The notes: generated from the sequence alone by a model not told the origin. A DNA stretch of 64,000 nt from an uncultured Candidatus Saccharibacteria bacterium (GCA_964643955.1 CAZXUO010000001.1:78314-142313); one strand, 5' to 3'. Numbered from the stretch's first letter, positions 20,874 to 31,843 are shown. Translations and numbers: made by a program.

Positions 20874-22139
20874 CTATTTAACGGTAATCTGCACCAATTG
20901 TTCAACACGACGTACATCTGCAAGAAGTTTTGCACGATCTTTGTTTGCGAGTGTCACATTAAATACAGCACCACCACCACTTGTCGCAAAACGAGACCTA
21001 TCGCCGATCTTTTTATGAATAACAATGCTATCAAATGAAGCAAGCTCTTGGATTTTCTTGATGCCTTTAAGTTCTGTAATGATTCCCTCTTTGTCTGGGT
21101 AGTACTTCAATACCGTTGCATACGCCTTAATCTTCTTTGAGATAACCGGCTTCTGAGGAATACGAATTAAAATATCATTTATTGAGTGATCGAATCCATA
21201 CCCGAGTTTGTAGAGCTTGTGGCGATACCCACCAACGCGCGGCCCCACCTCAATAATGCGCCAATCATCATCGACTTTCATCAGCTCCACATGCACCGTC
21301 GTACTTCGAAGACCAAGTGCACGCACCGCAAGCTCGACCGTCTTTTCAGCACGCTCTATAGAAGCTTTTTTGAGCTGATGCACTGTCGTGTGGAGATAAT
21401 TTGAAAAATCTTCGCGGCCGCGACTTCGGCTGGTGAGCACCTTGATGATCGGGCATGTATACACTTTGCCGCGCGCCGTCACATACGCATCGATCGAGTA
21501 CATGTCTCCATCCATGAAACGCTCAGCAATAATAGTTGGCGGGCGCTCATACTTCCGCTCTTCATATATCTTCTGAATCTTCTGGAATGCCTTCGTCAGA
21601 GTCTTTTCAAATTCTTCTTCGTGATAACAAATAGACACCAACATGCTTTGTGCGAGATTGGTCGGCTTGATGATGAGCGGAAAACCGACTTTCTCTGCAA
21701 TGCGGACGCGCTCTTTCTTGCTATTCTCACGAACAACTGTAAATACTGGTGTGCCCTTTTTATCAAAAATACGAAGTCGCTTGCGCATTGCAAGCTTATC
21801 GGTCGCCCAATGAATTGATTCCGCGGTCGGCGTGCGGAGATACGGCACATGCGGAATGATCTTTGCAAACAATTCCATGTGCGACTCAGAGCGGCATGAG
21901 ATAGCGAGCATCTCATCCATGTACGGCAAAAGCTCGGTCGTGATCGTCTCCGGCTTACTAAAATCACACTCAATAAAAATATCGAGATCGCTTGGTACCG
22001 GACTATGTTTCTGCTTAATATCACGAATAAGCATCACTCGGAACTTCTGCTTTGTGCGCTTTCCGTACGCACGTATTCCCGGAATGATATCTTCGTGCAC
22101 CAACGAAACGTACGTGATGATATTTTTTTTCTGCGCCAT
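20874..22139 (-). CDS. ATP-grasp domain protein (amino-acid ligase-like)
   Basis: DKLAMR, FPLIIKP, ERFMDG, HVEL, IIEVGPRVGG. Confidence 0.85.
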   Translation of the reverse strand: MAQKKNIITYVSLVHEDIIPGIRAYGKRTKQKFRVMLIRDIKQKHSPVPSDLDIFIECDFSKPETITTELLPYMDEMLAISCRSESHMELFAKIIPHVPYLRTPTAESIHWATDKLAMRKRLRIFDKKGTPVFTVVRENSKKERVRIAEKVGFPLIIKPTNLAQSMLVSICYHEEEFEKTLTKAFQKIQKIYEERKYERPPTIIAERFMDGDMYSIDAYVTARGKVYTCPIIKVLTSRSRGREDFSNYLHTTVHQLKKASIERAEKTVELAVRALGLRSTTVHVELMKVDDDWRIIEVGPRVGGYRHKLYKLGYGFDHSINDILIRIPQKPVISKKIKAYATVLKYYPDKEGIITELKGIKKIQELASFDSIVIHKKIGDRSRFATSGGGAVFNVTLANKDRAKLLADVRRVEQLVQITVK

Positions 22140-22263
22140 ATTTTAGAGTCGAACAATACTACTGCATGACAGATCTAAGTCAAGCTACAAAGGAATATTC
22201 GGAGTCGGATGTCTAAATTATCCTATACTGTTCTCCATAAATCCAATCATGTATTATGGCTCA

Positions 22264-23013
22264 ATGCTTATAACATATGCGACCTCTCATGTTTGGGAGC
22301 GCTTAGTAACAGAAGATCCGCTTGCCTGCTTTGGTAAAAACACGAAGGCTCGGCTGCGCTCAACACTCAATCAGATTAGTAGCTTCGATATTCAAGCAAT
22401 CACCGCGCCTCTTAATGAAACTTTTCTAGACGAGTTTCTCCCGCTCTACCAGCGACTAATTCAAGAGAAAGATAATCCTCTCATTATAGATATACGAGAA
22501 ACAACCCTCGGCAATTCGGCTACGAAGTATCCATATTTCTATACAGCCTTGTATGAAGAAGGAGTGCTCCTTGGTGCTATTATTTTTTCTCTCCGAGAAA
22601 CGAGTGTATCAATCGCATATCGAGCATTTGAGTACGAATGGAATTCGGCGAAACTCCCTGCAAACCCAACCATGTATGCGGAGTACCTTATATCGCTCCA
22701 CGCTACCGAAATCGGTGTTGAGAAATTCATCCACGGAAAAGATCGCAATCCGTATGGACTGAATGCAAGTATCGGTCTCGCAATATTTAAGCTCGGCGTT
22801 GGTTGCTATCTACGCAAATCAAGAGAGTTTGAAATCAAAACACTTGATACCGAAATACTCACTACCGATATCTTTATACTCGAATATCCTGGTGATTCTG
22901 AAACTCGAATTAAGAAGGGATACTTAGTCACCTCTGCTGCGAATGAAGCGACATGGGATCGTGTTCGAAGATATCCCGATCAGATCGCTGTCGAAACCAT
23001 CTTCAGAGATTGA
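22264..23013 (+). CDS. Hypothetical protein, possible GNAT/Fem-like fold
   Basis: Long + strand ORF; FLDEFLPLY...LLGAIIF...HGKDRNPYG...GLAIFKLGVG pattern resembles GNAT_6/Fem-type proteins. Confidence 0.6.
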   Translation: MLITYATSHVWERLVTEDPLACFGKNTKARLRSTLNQISSFDIQAITAPLNETFLDEFLPLYQRLIQEKDNPLIIDIRETTLGNSATKYPYFYTALYEEGVLLGAIIFSLRETSVSIAYRAFEYEWNSAKLPANPTMYAEYLISLHATEIGVEKFIHGKDRNPYGLNASIGLAIFKLGVGCYLRKSREFEIKTLDTEILTTDIFILEYPGDSETRIKKGYLVTSAANEATWDRVRRYPDQIAVETIFRD

Positions 23014-23400
23014 CTAGATAAGTCCAAAGCCGACTGCGGTGAGATAGCCACCGAGGAGCGCTGAGAAGATGCCTCCTGAGACATACCAGAGAGGGATGTT
23101 GAATGAGCGGATCATCTTTTGCATGCTCTTAAATGGTAGTGAAATGTACAAAATACCCTCAATAACCATCATCCAACCAACGAGAGAGATAATACCCATC
23201 CAATCGAGAGTGATATTTGGATACACAAGCAAGATGGCAAGACCAGCTGCAAGCTCGATAAATGCAAACATGACAACGATCGCCTTGTTTTGTGCAAGCT
23301 CAGTAATCGCAGGCATGAGTGACTTTCGGCGAACAGCCACAACCACACCGACGATGAGTAAATAGAGACCGATCAACTGCGCGAGGAACATTGACTCCAT
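23014..23400 (-). CDS. Four-TM membrane protein
   Basis: Hydrophobic throughout. Confidence 0.75.
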   Translation of the reverse strand: MESMFLAQLIGLYLLIVGVVVAVRRKSLMPAITELAQNKAIVVMFAFIELAAGLAILLVYPNITLDWMGIISLVGWMMVIEGILYISLPFKSMQKMIRSFNIPLWYVSGGIFSALLGGYLTAVGFGLI

Positions 23401-23437
23401 AAAATAAAATGTGATGAATTAATCAACGACTTGCATT

Positions 23438-23467
23438 AAGAATAGCGCGGTGGTCCGCGCTATTCTT
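23438..23467. terminator. Hairpin
   Basis: aagaatagcgcgg-tggt-ccgcgctattctt. Confidence 0.65.
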
Positions 23468-23485
23468 CATCTCCTGTGTATAAAA

Positions 23486-23872
23486 CTACTCAGTGGTCGC
23501 ACCGTCGAAATGTTCTTCCTGTTCGTCTGCTTTTGTTTTTTGGACAATGCCGTCTTTGTGTTCGGGCGGTGCGTAAAGCGTGTAGAGCTTGAGATCCACA
23601 TCGCTCTCATTTACCACATTGTGGCGGACTCCTGCGGGAACTATGACTGCATGATCATGTTCTATTACATGCTTTTCGCCGTCGAGATACACCGTTGCGG
23701 TCCCCTCCTCAAAACGAATAAACTGATCAAGCGTATGCACTTCTTCTCCAATCTCCTCACCAGCCTTCAGTGACATGAGTACCAGTTGGCAATTTTTTGC
23801 GGTGTACAGCACGCGGCGATAGTCAGTGTTTGCAACGGTCTCCTTTTCAATGGGTGTGATATATCCTTTCAT
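23486..23872 (-). CDS. Cupin domain protein
   Basis: IGEEVH...DQF...VPAGVRHNV...LYAPPEH. Confidence 0.9.
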   Translation of the reverse strand: MKGYITPIEKETVANTDYRRVLYTAKNCQLVLMSLKAGEEIGEEVHTLDQFIRFEEGTATVYLDGEKHVIEHDHAVIVPAGVRHNVVNESDVDLKLYTLYAPPEHKDGIVQKTKADEQEEHFDGATTE

Positions 23873-23895
23873 ATCACCCCAGTATATCAGAAATG

Positions 23896-25347
23896 CTATT
23901 TATTGAGGTCGAGCACTTCGTCGATGCGGATCTGCGCAACAAAGTCTGGCACGTGGCTCACGAGAATCATCGCTCCCTTGTACTCATCGAGTGCCTTTGC
24001 GATAACCGGCAGGTGGCGGAAGTTGATATGGTTTGTCGGCTCATCGAGAATAAGGAGGCCTGGCTCAAGCAGTACGAGCTGCGCAAAAGCAACAAGTCCT
24101 TTTTGGCCTTCAGAAAGATTACCGATCTTCGTGAAGATAAAGTCGCTCGAAATAAGGAAGCCAGCAGCAGTAGCACGCATGCGCTCTTCCTCTTTCTTTT
24201 CCATAACTGAAAGCAATGCTTCGGCAGGCGTCTGATCAAAATCAAGCGTAGAGAAATCTTGTCGGTAGTATCCGATCTTTACGCCAGGCGCGACGGTCTC
24301 CCCTTTCGCATGTCCCGAAGCGAGCGCCTCAAGGAGCGTTGACTTGCCGATGCCGTTTGGACCAACAAGCTGGAGGTGGTTGTTCTTACGCAACACAATA
24401 TGCGCTTTTTTCTCCGTTGGCTTGTGATCCTTGATGACCGTATATGAAGAAATCTTCAAAATATCAATCGGAAGATTTGATTGAACAGGGATCGTAAATG
24501 GCCGAATCGTCTTATCCTCACGTCGCACCTCGATCTTGTTTTCTTCAAACTCCTCTACTTCTTCGCGCATTTTCTTTGCAACGAGACGCATCTTGCCTCC
24601 CTTTTGTGCAAAGAAGTTTGCTTTGTCCTTGTTTTCTTGAATCTTCTTTGCCGCTTGAGCGTTCTTTCGATTTTCCTTTTCAATACGTGAAGCAATCTCT
24701 TCTACTACATCGTGGTAGTTTCCGTCGTACTGTTCAATCGTATGTGTATGTACATCGAGGTACAAGACGCCATGGGTAAACGCATTCAAGAATTCAGAAT
24801 CGTGGGAAATAACAAGACAGGTCTTTTTGTAATTCACCAAGAATTCTGTGAGGTGGCGAATACCTTCGACGTCGAGATTGTTAGTCGGCTCATCAAGAAG
24901 CAAAAGATCAGGGTTTTGAATGAGTGCCGATGCAAGGAGGAGGCGCGCCTGTTGGCCACCTGAAAATGAACGGACAATCCGATCATACGGCGCCTTCAAG
25001 TGCACTACCTCGAGTACCTCATCAATCCGCGGATCGATATCATATATCTTTTCAGGAAAACACTTTGCAAAAAACTCCCGAACGGTAAGATCGAGCTCGT
25101 CCCGCGGAATAATCTGGCGAGAGGTCGCAATGGTGAGCCGCGGCGCAAGATTGATCTCGCCACTCTCTATCTTAAAAGCACCGGTAATGAGGCCGAAAAT
25201 GGTACTTTTTCCGGCACCATTTTGACCCATGAGTGCCATCTTTGCTCCGCGGCGCACCGTAAAGCTCGCCTCATTCAAGATGCGGCGAGTGTGGGTGTGG
25301 CCAAAGGACACATTATCAAAACGTATAACTCCCTCGTTTCGAGACAT
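23896..25347 (-). CDS. ABC-F family ATPase
   Basis: Two ABC cassettes (GQNGAGKST, GPNGIGKST, LDEPTN) and no TM. Confidence 0.92.
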   Translation of the reverse strand: MSRNEGVIRFDNVSFGHTHTRRILNEASFTVRRGAKMALMGQNGAGKSTIFGLITGAFKIESGEINLAPRLTIATSRQIIPRDELDLTVREFFAKCFPEKIYDIDPRIDEVLEVVHLKAPYDRIVRSFSGGQQARLLLASALIQNPDLLLLDEPTNNLDVEGIRHLTEFLVNYKKTCLVISHDSEFLNAFTHGVLYLDVHTHTIEQYDGNYHDVVEEIASRIEKENRKNAQAAKKIQENKDKANFFAQKGGKMRLVAKKMREEVEEFEENKIEVRREDKTIRPFTIPVQSNLPIDILKISSYTVIKDHKPTEKKAHIVLRKNNHLQLVGPNGIGKSTLLEALASGHAKGETVAPGVKIGYYRQDFSTLDFDQTPAEALLSVMEKKEEERMRATAAGFLISSDFIFTKIGNLSEGQKGLVAFAQLVLLEPGLLILDEPTNHINFRHLPVIAKALDEYKGAMILVSHVPDFVAQIRIDEVLDLNK

Positions 25348-25383
25348 CGCTACACAGTACCGTATGTTGCTTAAATGTAAACC

Positions 25384-25995
25384 TCAGCGACTCCTCCGTC
25401 TGCGCATAATATGAAGCGCAATACGCGTAAAATAAATACCAAAAATAAGCGCGATGATGCCGGTTGTAACGGGATCAAGATAATACTGGACGATGTGGTA
25501 CTCAGCTTTGAGAATAAATCCAATACTAAAAAGTATGCTGTTCCAGAGCGCAGAGCCGAGCGCAGTCAAAAGAAGAAAGAAGACGAGCGGCATTCGTACA
25601 CTTCCTGCAGGGACCGAAATGAGCGTACGAATAATCGGCATCAGTCGTCCAAAGAAGACTGCCGCCCACTGATGTCGCGCAAAGACAGCAGCTGCGCGCT
25701 CAGCGTCTTCAGCACTTACTGAAAGGAAAACGCCATATGTCTCAAAGAAGCGCGTGCGGCGCGCGCCACTTACATACACACCAAGGTAAAACCATGGCAA
25801 TGCGCCGAGCGTCGAGCCTGCAACACTGACCACGAGCGCGAGTACTGGATGCAAGACCCCATTTGCGATCAGAAAACCCGTCAGCGGTAAAATTACTTCT
25901 GAAGGAATCGGTGGAAATATGTTTTCGAGAAACATCATCAAAAACAGCCCGACATAGCCGGACTGCTCAATGGTCGAGATCACAAACTCATGCAT
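25384..25995 (-). CDS. DedA family protein
   Basis: LENIFPPIPSE, GRLMPIIRTLISVPAG. Confidence 0.92.
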   Translation of the reverse strand: MHEFVISTIEQSGYVGLFLMMFLENIFPPIPSEVILPLTGFLIANGVLHPVLALVVSVAGSTLGALPWFYLGVYVSGARRTRFFETYGVFLSVSAEDAERAAAVFARHQWAAVFFGRLMPIIRTLISVPAGSVRMPLVFFLLLTALGSALWNSILFSIGFILKAEYHIVQYYLDPVTTGIIALIFGIYFTRIALHIMRRRRSR

Positions 25996-26018
25996 ATGCT
26001 CAGTATACCGTACCGCAC

Positions 26019-27698
26019 TTATGCTCCACTTTTGATGTGCGCAATTGCCTCTTCAGCCTTTGTGCAGAAGCGCCCCTCCTTCTCAAGTGTTGCGATCGCA
26101 GGGAAATGCATGAGGCGCTCGCGCACCTGCTCGCTCGCCGATGAAAGATACACGCGCTTACCACTTCCGATAAGATCCTCAACCGCCTGCACGAGCATTT
26201 CTTCACCTTCAAAATCAATTGAAAACAAATTGCGCAGACGAATAATCACCGTGTGTACATTTTGCGCACGTACGAGGTGGCGGAAGTTTGCTGCGTGACG
26301 GGTACTGTCGATGTACCCCAAGAAACCAGCGACGCTGTACGTAATAAAGGAATACTCGACGTCCTTTGGAATACTCAATACTTTTGCCTGTCGATCTTCT
26401 TCTTTTGTTCCATCAGGATAATTAAAGACCACGTCAAAGTATCCACGGCTGACGCGGTTTGCGAAGAGAAGAAGTGCGAGCACCGCTCCGATGAGCACTG
26501 CGATACCTGCGTCTTCAAGTACCGTGAGTACGAGGACGAGTATCGCGACCGCAAAGCTCTCCTTTTCACGCTTAAAGAATTCGACAAATTTATCAACCTC
26601 GATAAGTCCGATTGCAGTATTTACGAGAATCGCCGCAATAACCGCCATAGGAATAAATGAAAAAAACGGCAGCACCGCAAGCGAGATGACCGCGGTCGCA
26701 AGCGCAGCAACGAGCGCGGATGTTCGGTGCGTAGCTCCTGCTTTGATGTTTGCACCTGTACGAATAAACACCCCCGTTGCCGGCAAGCCTCCCATCGCAC
26801 CTGAACCAAGATTTGCAAGCGCAAGACCAAAGAGCTCCTTACGGCTCGAGAACTGCGTCTTTGTAATCTTGTCAGCAATCTGCGCAGTGATGAGCGTCTC
26901 AAGTACTGCGATAAGTGCGATGAGGCTAGCAGCATTGAGCACAAAGAGAAACATCTCACGATCAGCAAGTATGAGCGGGATAGCATCCCAGGCGACCGGA
27001 AGTGAGAGCGACGCAGTAAACGAACCAAACTTATCTCCAAGCGAGATGAGATTAAATGAAGTGAAGTGTGTCTCAAACCATCCGAAGATAATACCGAACA
27101 CTGCTGCTGGAATCACTGCAGGAATACGCTTAATCGAACGCTTCCAGACGAGAATGAATACCAAGAAAAGAATGAAGGTACCGACCGCAGGTCCGCTCGT
27201 CTCCGCCGCATGTGCGATATAGAGCTCGATGTCACCAATAAACGTACCGGTGCGCTTAAGTGCTGAGAGACCCGTCGCATCAAAGAGCTGCGAAGCAGCG
27301 ATAAGGAATGCGACGCCGCCTGCAAAACCGTACATCACACTCGAAGGAATGTAGTAGAGGAAACGATCGGCACGAATTGCCCAGATAAAAAGAATGATGA
27401 GACCTGACGCAATCGCAAGAATAGGAAGCGCGGCTGCACCAAGTCCGAGTGGTGCTGCGAGTGTCGCGGCAAAGAGGACTGTCGTGAGTGCTCCTGCCGC
27501 GCCGATGATGTTGTAATTACTTCCACAAAAGATACCTGCAATGAGGGTCGCCCAGATACCAGTAATAATACCGGGGAGCGGTCCTGCGCCCGAGGCGACC
27601 GAGAGCGCGATTGAGAGTGGTACTGAGATAAGCGCGACCGTAAGACCTGCCTTCCAATTTTCCTTTACCAGATTGAGTACCGCTTCTTTCTTTTGCAT
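26019..27698 (-). CDS. SulP family anion transporter with STAS domain
   Basis: AGLTVALISVPLSIAL, ELFGLALAN, C-terminal STAS-like region. Confidence 0.92.
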   Translation of the reverse strand: MQKKEAVLNLVKENWKAGLTVALISVPLSIALSVASGAGPLPGIITGIWATLIAGIFCGSNYNIIGAAGALTTVLFAATLAAPLGLGAAALPILAIASGLIILFIWAIRADRFLYYIPSSVMYGFAGGVAFLIAASQLFDATGLSALKRTGTFIGDIELYIAHAAETSGPAVGTFILFLVFILVWKRSIKRIPAVIPAAVFGIIFGWFETHFTSFNLISLGDKFGSFTASLSLPVAWDAIPLILADREMFLFVLNAASLIALIAVLETLITAQIADKITKTQFSSRKELFGLALANLGSGAMGGLPATGVFIRTGANIKAGATHRTSALVAALATAVISLAVLPFFSFIPMAVIAAILVNTAIGLIEVDKFVEFFKREKESFAVAILVLVLTVLEDAGIAVLIGAVLALLLFANRVSRGYFDVVFNYPDGTKEEDRQAKVLSIPKDVEYSFITYSVAGFLGYIDSTRHAANFRHLVRAQNVHTVIIRLRNLFSIDFEGEEMLVQAVEDLIGSGKRVYLSSASEQVRERLMHFPAIATLEKEGRFCTKAEEAIAHIKSGA

Positions 27699-27826
27699 AG
27701 GCGTAAATAAAGAGAAATAAAATAACTGTTTGTTTATACTCCTGTCCTCCCTTCTCTGCAAACCATTATCGTCCATAAAAGAAAGGGCGCCGCCGCACGT
27801 ATGCGACGACGACCCCACTACTACAC

Positions 27827-28570
27827 TCACACCACATCGAGGACCTCCGTGTGCCTCCCCTCGTTTTCACGCAGCCACGTCACCATCTTCTCCTTCGCGA
27901 CGTGCGCGATAACCATCTCACCGTCTCCGAAATCGAAATGGAGGAGAATAAAGATCTTGAGCTGCCGAATACCCACCGTACGCCAACAGCGGCCAATATA
28001 CTCCTTCGCCTTCGGTCCAGCCTTGAGCACCTCTCGCCGACTCTTACCCGCTTTACAGGCAAACCCGCACGGGAAATGGTAGATCAACGCAAAATTTTCA
28101 AGACCCCCTACCATCTGACCAATGAGCAGCTGCGCCATCACGTCTGCATCAGCGTCAGCCGAAAACGGCACGCGAGATGCATCGAGTCCATTACCGAGCA
28201 AGAGCGCCCCTCCGAACATTTTGACCGGAGAGTGGCGTCGACCAACATCGGTTGGACCGAAGAGCGACCGCGCGCACTCCTGCATGTGATCATGCCGATC
28301 AGGATCAGCACAAAAGAGGCTGCCCATACCCCCGGACACAGACGCCTTCGACGGGTCGAGAGGTTCACAAACTTCCCCCTCACGGAGAAGCACGTACAGC
28401 TCTCGAAGCCCGTCAAATGATGGCTTCCGACTATCGGTAAGTACTGCATGGAGACCGGTCAATCTATTGACCGCGATATCTACGTTCATACTGCCTGCCC
28501 CCTCAAAGAACCAATTGCACCGGAGGCGATAGTACTCCTGTCTATCGAAACCCGCAAGGGACTTATGCAC
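27827..28570 (-). CDS. Divergent carbonic-anhydrase-like protein (beta/zeta type); alternative start at 28489
   Basis: CAD...KMFGG...HFPCGF gives a Cys/His/Cys metal-ligand pattern; directly upstream of SulP. Confidence 0.5.
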   Translation of the reverse strand: MHKSLAGFDRQEYYRLRCNWFFEGAGSMNVDIAVNRLTGLHAVLTDSRKPSFDGLRELYVLLREGEVCEPLDPSKASVSGGMGSLFCADPDRHDHMQECARSLFGPTDVGRRHSPVKMFGGALLLGNGLDASRVPFSADADADVMAQLLIGQMVGGLENFALIYHFPCGFACKAGKSRREVLKAGPKAKEYIGRCWRTVGIRQLKIFILLHFDFGDGEMVIAHVAKEKMVTWLRENEGRHTEVLDVV

Positions 28571-28596
28571 CCGTCGTAAAGATTGGCGCGCTTTGC

Positions 28597-29355
28597 CTAC
28601 GGAATAGCACGGAAAATCATTGTGCCGAAATCTCGATTGAGATTGAGGTGGAGCTCGTCACCAATAATACGGTATGAGTTTGTCAGCGCGAGATCGCTTC
28701 CGTACTCGCCCTCGAGCGACCCTTCACAGTACATAAGTGTCGACATAAATGGACCAAAGCTTAACACCTCACCATCAATCACGAAATCTCCCGAAAGCGA
28801 ATTGCAATCAGTGGTACTTGTCATTGTGCCCGCTTCATTGAATGAAAGTACGAAATTGTCTTTGACTGGCTCAAGCTCCTCATCATCGAGATATTCTGTG
28901 CGGATCCACTTCCAACGATTATCAAATAATCCCGATGATGTCTCTACAATTGGTAGGTCATCGTTTGTTTCCTCAAGCACTTCGACTGAGTTTGTTACCG
29001 AGAAAATCCCTTCGATTGGATACTTTTCCCAGTAATTGGTACTGAGCTCTGCAAGTGGCGTGACAATACCATCAGCACGAATACGCGTTCCATCAGTAAG
29101 TACCGGCGGCAAATCTGACACCAATCCAAAATCAATCGCGTAATACTCACCCTCGTCTGTCTTGATGCCGAATGCGCATTCAGTAGTCACTGGCGCGGTC
29201 GTATCCTTTGGAGGTAAGCATCCGTACGTGCCCGCAAGCGTAGCGCGTACCGTCTCGCGTTCAGGTACAACACTTTCCGAATGCTTGTTCTTATAGATAA
29301 ACGCAGAAAGCCCAATGACTATCAAAACCCCCGCAATAGCAGCAATTATTCTCAT
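28597..29355 (-). CDS. META domain exported protein
   Basis: TDCNSLSG...STLMYC; N-terminal TM. Confidence 0.85.
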   Translation of the reverse strand: MRIIAAIAGVLIVIGLSAFIYKNKHSESVVPERETVRATLAGTYGCLPPKDTTAPVTTECAFGIKTDEGEYYAIDFGLVSDLPPVLTDGTRIRADGIVTPLAELSTNYWEKYPIEGIFSVTNSVEVLEETNDDLPIVETSSGLFDNRWKWIRTEYLDDEELEPVKDNFVLSFNEAGTMTSTTDCNSLSGDFVIDGEVLSFGPFMSTLMYCEGSLEGEYGSDLALTNSYRIIGDELHLNLNRDFGTMIFRAIP

Positions 29356-29392
29356 CCCTCCATCATAGCCACCACGCTTTGGATGTCAAAAC

Positions 29393-31840
29393 TTACTTAA
29401 AATCTTCAGCGGTGAAGGCGACAGAGTCGCCGAACTTGAGACTTCCGGCAATAATTTTTTCTGCAATCTTTTTTTCGACGACATCCTGAATGAGTCGACG
29501 CATTGGCCGTGCGCCAAACTGAGGACTGTACCCCTCCTGCGCAAGTGCATTGAGTAGCGCGTCATTGACGACGAGCGTATACCCTTTCTCTTTGATACGA
29601 GCAGAAAGTTCCGCGAGCATCAGCGTTGCAATCTGCTTTTGTTCATCTGACTTCAGCGGCTCAAAGATAATAACATCATCAAAACGGTTGATGAGTTCGG
29701 GAGCATAAAGCTTATCTGCGATAAGTGCATTAATGATCTCGTCTTTCTTCTCCGCAGGATTTTCCCCGCGCCCTACGATATCAAATATGAGCGAACTTCC
29801 TGCGTTTGAGGTCGCAATAATGATCGAGTTGCGCGCGTTTACTTTCTCTCCACGGCCATCAGTAAATATTCCCTCGTCAAGAATCTGGAGGAAAAGATTA
29901 TGGACGTCACGCGTTGCTTTTTCAAACTCATCGAGGAGCACAACTCCGTACGGATGCTCGCGCAGCATTACTGGAAGCGCGCCCGAAGATGCACTATCAC
30001 CCATAAGGCGCGAGAGCGCGTCAGCGCCGCTAAATTCGGACATATCGATGCGCGACATCTTTGATTCGTCTCCAAAGAAAACTGCTGCAAGCGCTTTTGC
30101 AGTTTCTGTCTTACCGACGCCGGTTGATCCAAGAAAAAGGAATGCGCCCATTGGTCGGTCTTTTGCGCCAACTCCCGCGCGTGCACGCCGCATTGCATTT
30201 GCAATCGCTTCGATTGCTGCATGCTGACCCACAACGCGCGCATGCAGCGTCTTTTCAAGATTCAAAAGCAGGTCACGCTCAGCTCCTCCGACGGGCCCTG
30301 TAGGGATGCCCGTCTTCCCTCCGATGTATGTTTCGACAAACTCCCGCGTGATGAGTACGGCGCCCTTTTGCTTTGCTACGGGCACAACCTCGACGAGAAG
30401 ATCGACCGCTTTATCGGGCATCACTCCCTCAACGATGTACCGATCGGCGCCCTCAGCGAGCGCGAGAATAGATGCGTAGGTAAATATCACACCATGTGTA
30501 GCCTCGTACCGGACAGCGACGTCTTCGAGAATACGCACAATGCCAGTAAGACCCGGAGACTCGATCCGTACGAGTTCAAAGCGCCCGACAAACTGCGGCT
30601 CACGTTCAATATGCTCGTGATATTGCGACGGATCGCTCGTTGCCACAATGTGCAGATCAGAAGAGGTGAGATAGCGATCAAGGATATCACCCGCATCAAC
30701 CCCGAGTGAAGCAGTGCTCGCGAAAAACTTTGCAATGTTTTCAATGACGATAATGATGTTGCCCGCACGTTCCGCCTGAGCAAACATTTTCATAAATGAA
30801 GCTTCAAACGTCTCTTTTGTTGGATGTGTCGCAATAAACGCTTCCCAGTCAAACAACATAAACTGCTTGCCAAGGGCCGACGCAACCGACTTTCCTTTTC
30901 GTATCTTCTCGTTTACTCGCACCAAAACATCCATTGTGCCAGCGCCTGCCTCGCCCACCACGAGGACATTTGCTTCTTTGGCACGAGACAATATCGTCTC
31001 TATCTTTACGATGGCCTCGTCACCATACGCAACATCGCCTGCAAGCGAAGAAAAGACTGTCGTGGTGCGGAGACTTCGTATATATTTCTGAAGTTCATAC
31101 GCAATGCCGTACGAAAAATCTTTTCCGAGGCCATTGATCGCACCGAGATTGTCTCTACTCCACCAGCGCGCTCGCTTCTTTTCCTCAAACGAAAGGCGCG
31201 CGGTCCACGCGAGCGCGCCACGATAGACTTCGTTTGTTACACCAAGCTTGAAAAGGAAATCACGCAAGCTCACATCATTTTCGTACACGAAGCGACCAAG
31301 ATGCTCCATTGTGAGAAACTCATTTGGCGGAATAGACAGTTGATCAGAAGAAAGTGCCGTACGAGTACTTTCACAATACTGATCAATAGCTTCATCAAAA
31401 ATCCCGCACCGGTACAAGATCTGCCGACCAACCGAAGATGAGAGAAACCCGAGGGTTACGTCAGTACGCGCGTGCGAGAGTGCTTCCGAAACTTCATACG
31501 TCATCCCTTCGGTATCGTGCTCGTCTTCGTGGAGAATTGATGCAACGCCACTAAAATAGCGCGACTGGTAGAAGAATATGAGCATTTTTACAAGTGCCAA
31601 AAAGCTCAATGCAATCATGAGTGCGCCAAGGTACACCGAATACGTGCCCTGAGGAGAAAAGAAGAGACTACGACTTTTTGGATCAGGATCAGTAATGAAA
31701 AAATACCCGAGTAATACCGCCAAAAAACCTACGGTAACAATCAGAGCGACCTGCACAATACGCCGCACACGTCGCGGAAATACACGATCGAGCATGAGTG
31801 CTCCACGGTATCGTATTAGTTCTGAGTCGATGCTTGTCAT
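29393..31840 (-). CDS. Membrane-anchored ClpA/B-family AAA+ ATPase
   Basis: Two N-terminal TMs; PDKAVDLL; RVVGQ; GSTGVGKTE; LLDEFEKA; GARPMRR. Confidence 0.9.
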   Translation of the reverse strand: MTSIDSELIRYRGALMLDRVFPRRVRRIVQVALIVTVGFLAVLLGYFFITDPDPKSRSLFFSPQGTYSVYLGALMIALSFLALVKMLIFFYQSRYFSGVASILHEDEHDTEGMTYEVSEALSHARTDVTLGFLSSSVGRQILYRCGIFDEAIDQYCESTRTALSSDQLSIPPNEFLTMEHLGRFVYENDVSLRDFLFKLGVTNEVYRGALAWTARLSFEEKKRARWWSRDNLGAINGLGKDFSYGIAYELQKYIRSLRTTTVFSSLAGDVAYGDEAIVKIETILSRAKEANVLVVGEAGAGTMDVLVRVNEKIRKGKSVASALGKQFMLFDWEAFIATHPTKETFEASFMKMFAQAERAGNIIIVIENIAKFFASTASLGVDAGDILDRYLTSSDLHIVATSDPSQYHEHIEREPQFVGRFELVRIESPGLTGIVRILEDVAVRYEATHGVIFTYASILALAEGADRYIVEGVMPDKAVDLLVEVVPVAKQKGAVLITREFVETYIGGKTGIPTGPVGGAERDLLLNLEKTLHARVVGQHAAIEAIANAMRRARAGVGAKDRPMGAFLFLGSTGVGKTETAKALAAVFFGDESKMSRIDMSEFSGADALSRLMGDSASSGALPVMLREHPYGVVLLDEFEKATRDVHNLFLQILDEGIFTDGRGEKVNARNSIIIATSNAGSSLIFDIVGRGENPAEKKDEIINALIADKLYAPELINRFDDVIIFEPLKSDEQKQIATLMLAELSARIKEKGYTLVVNDALLNALAQEGYSPQFGARPMRRLIQDVVEKKIAEKIIAGSLKFGDSVAFTAEDFK

Positions 31841-31843
31841 ACG

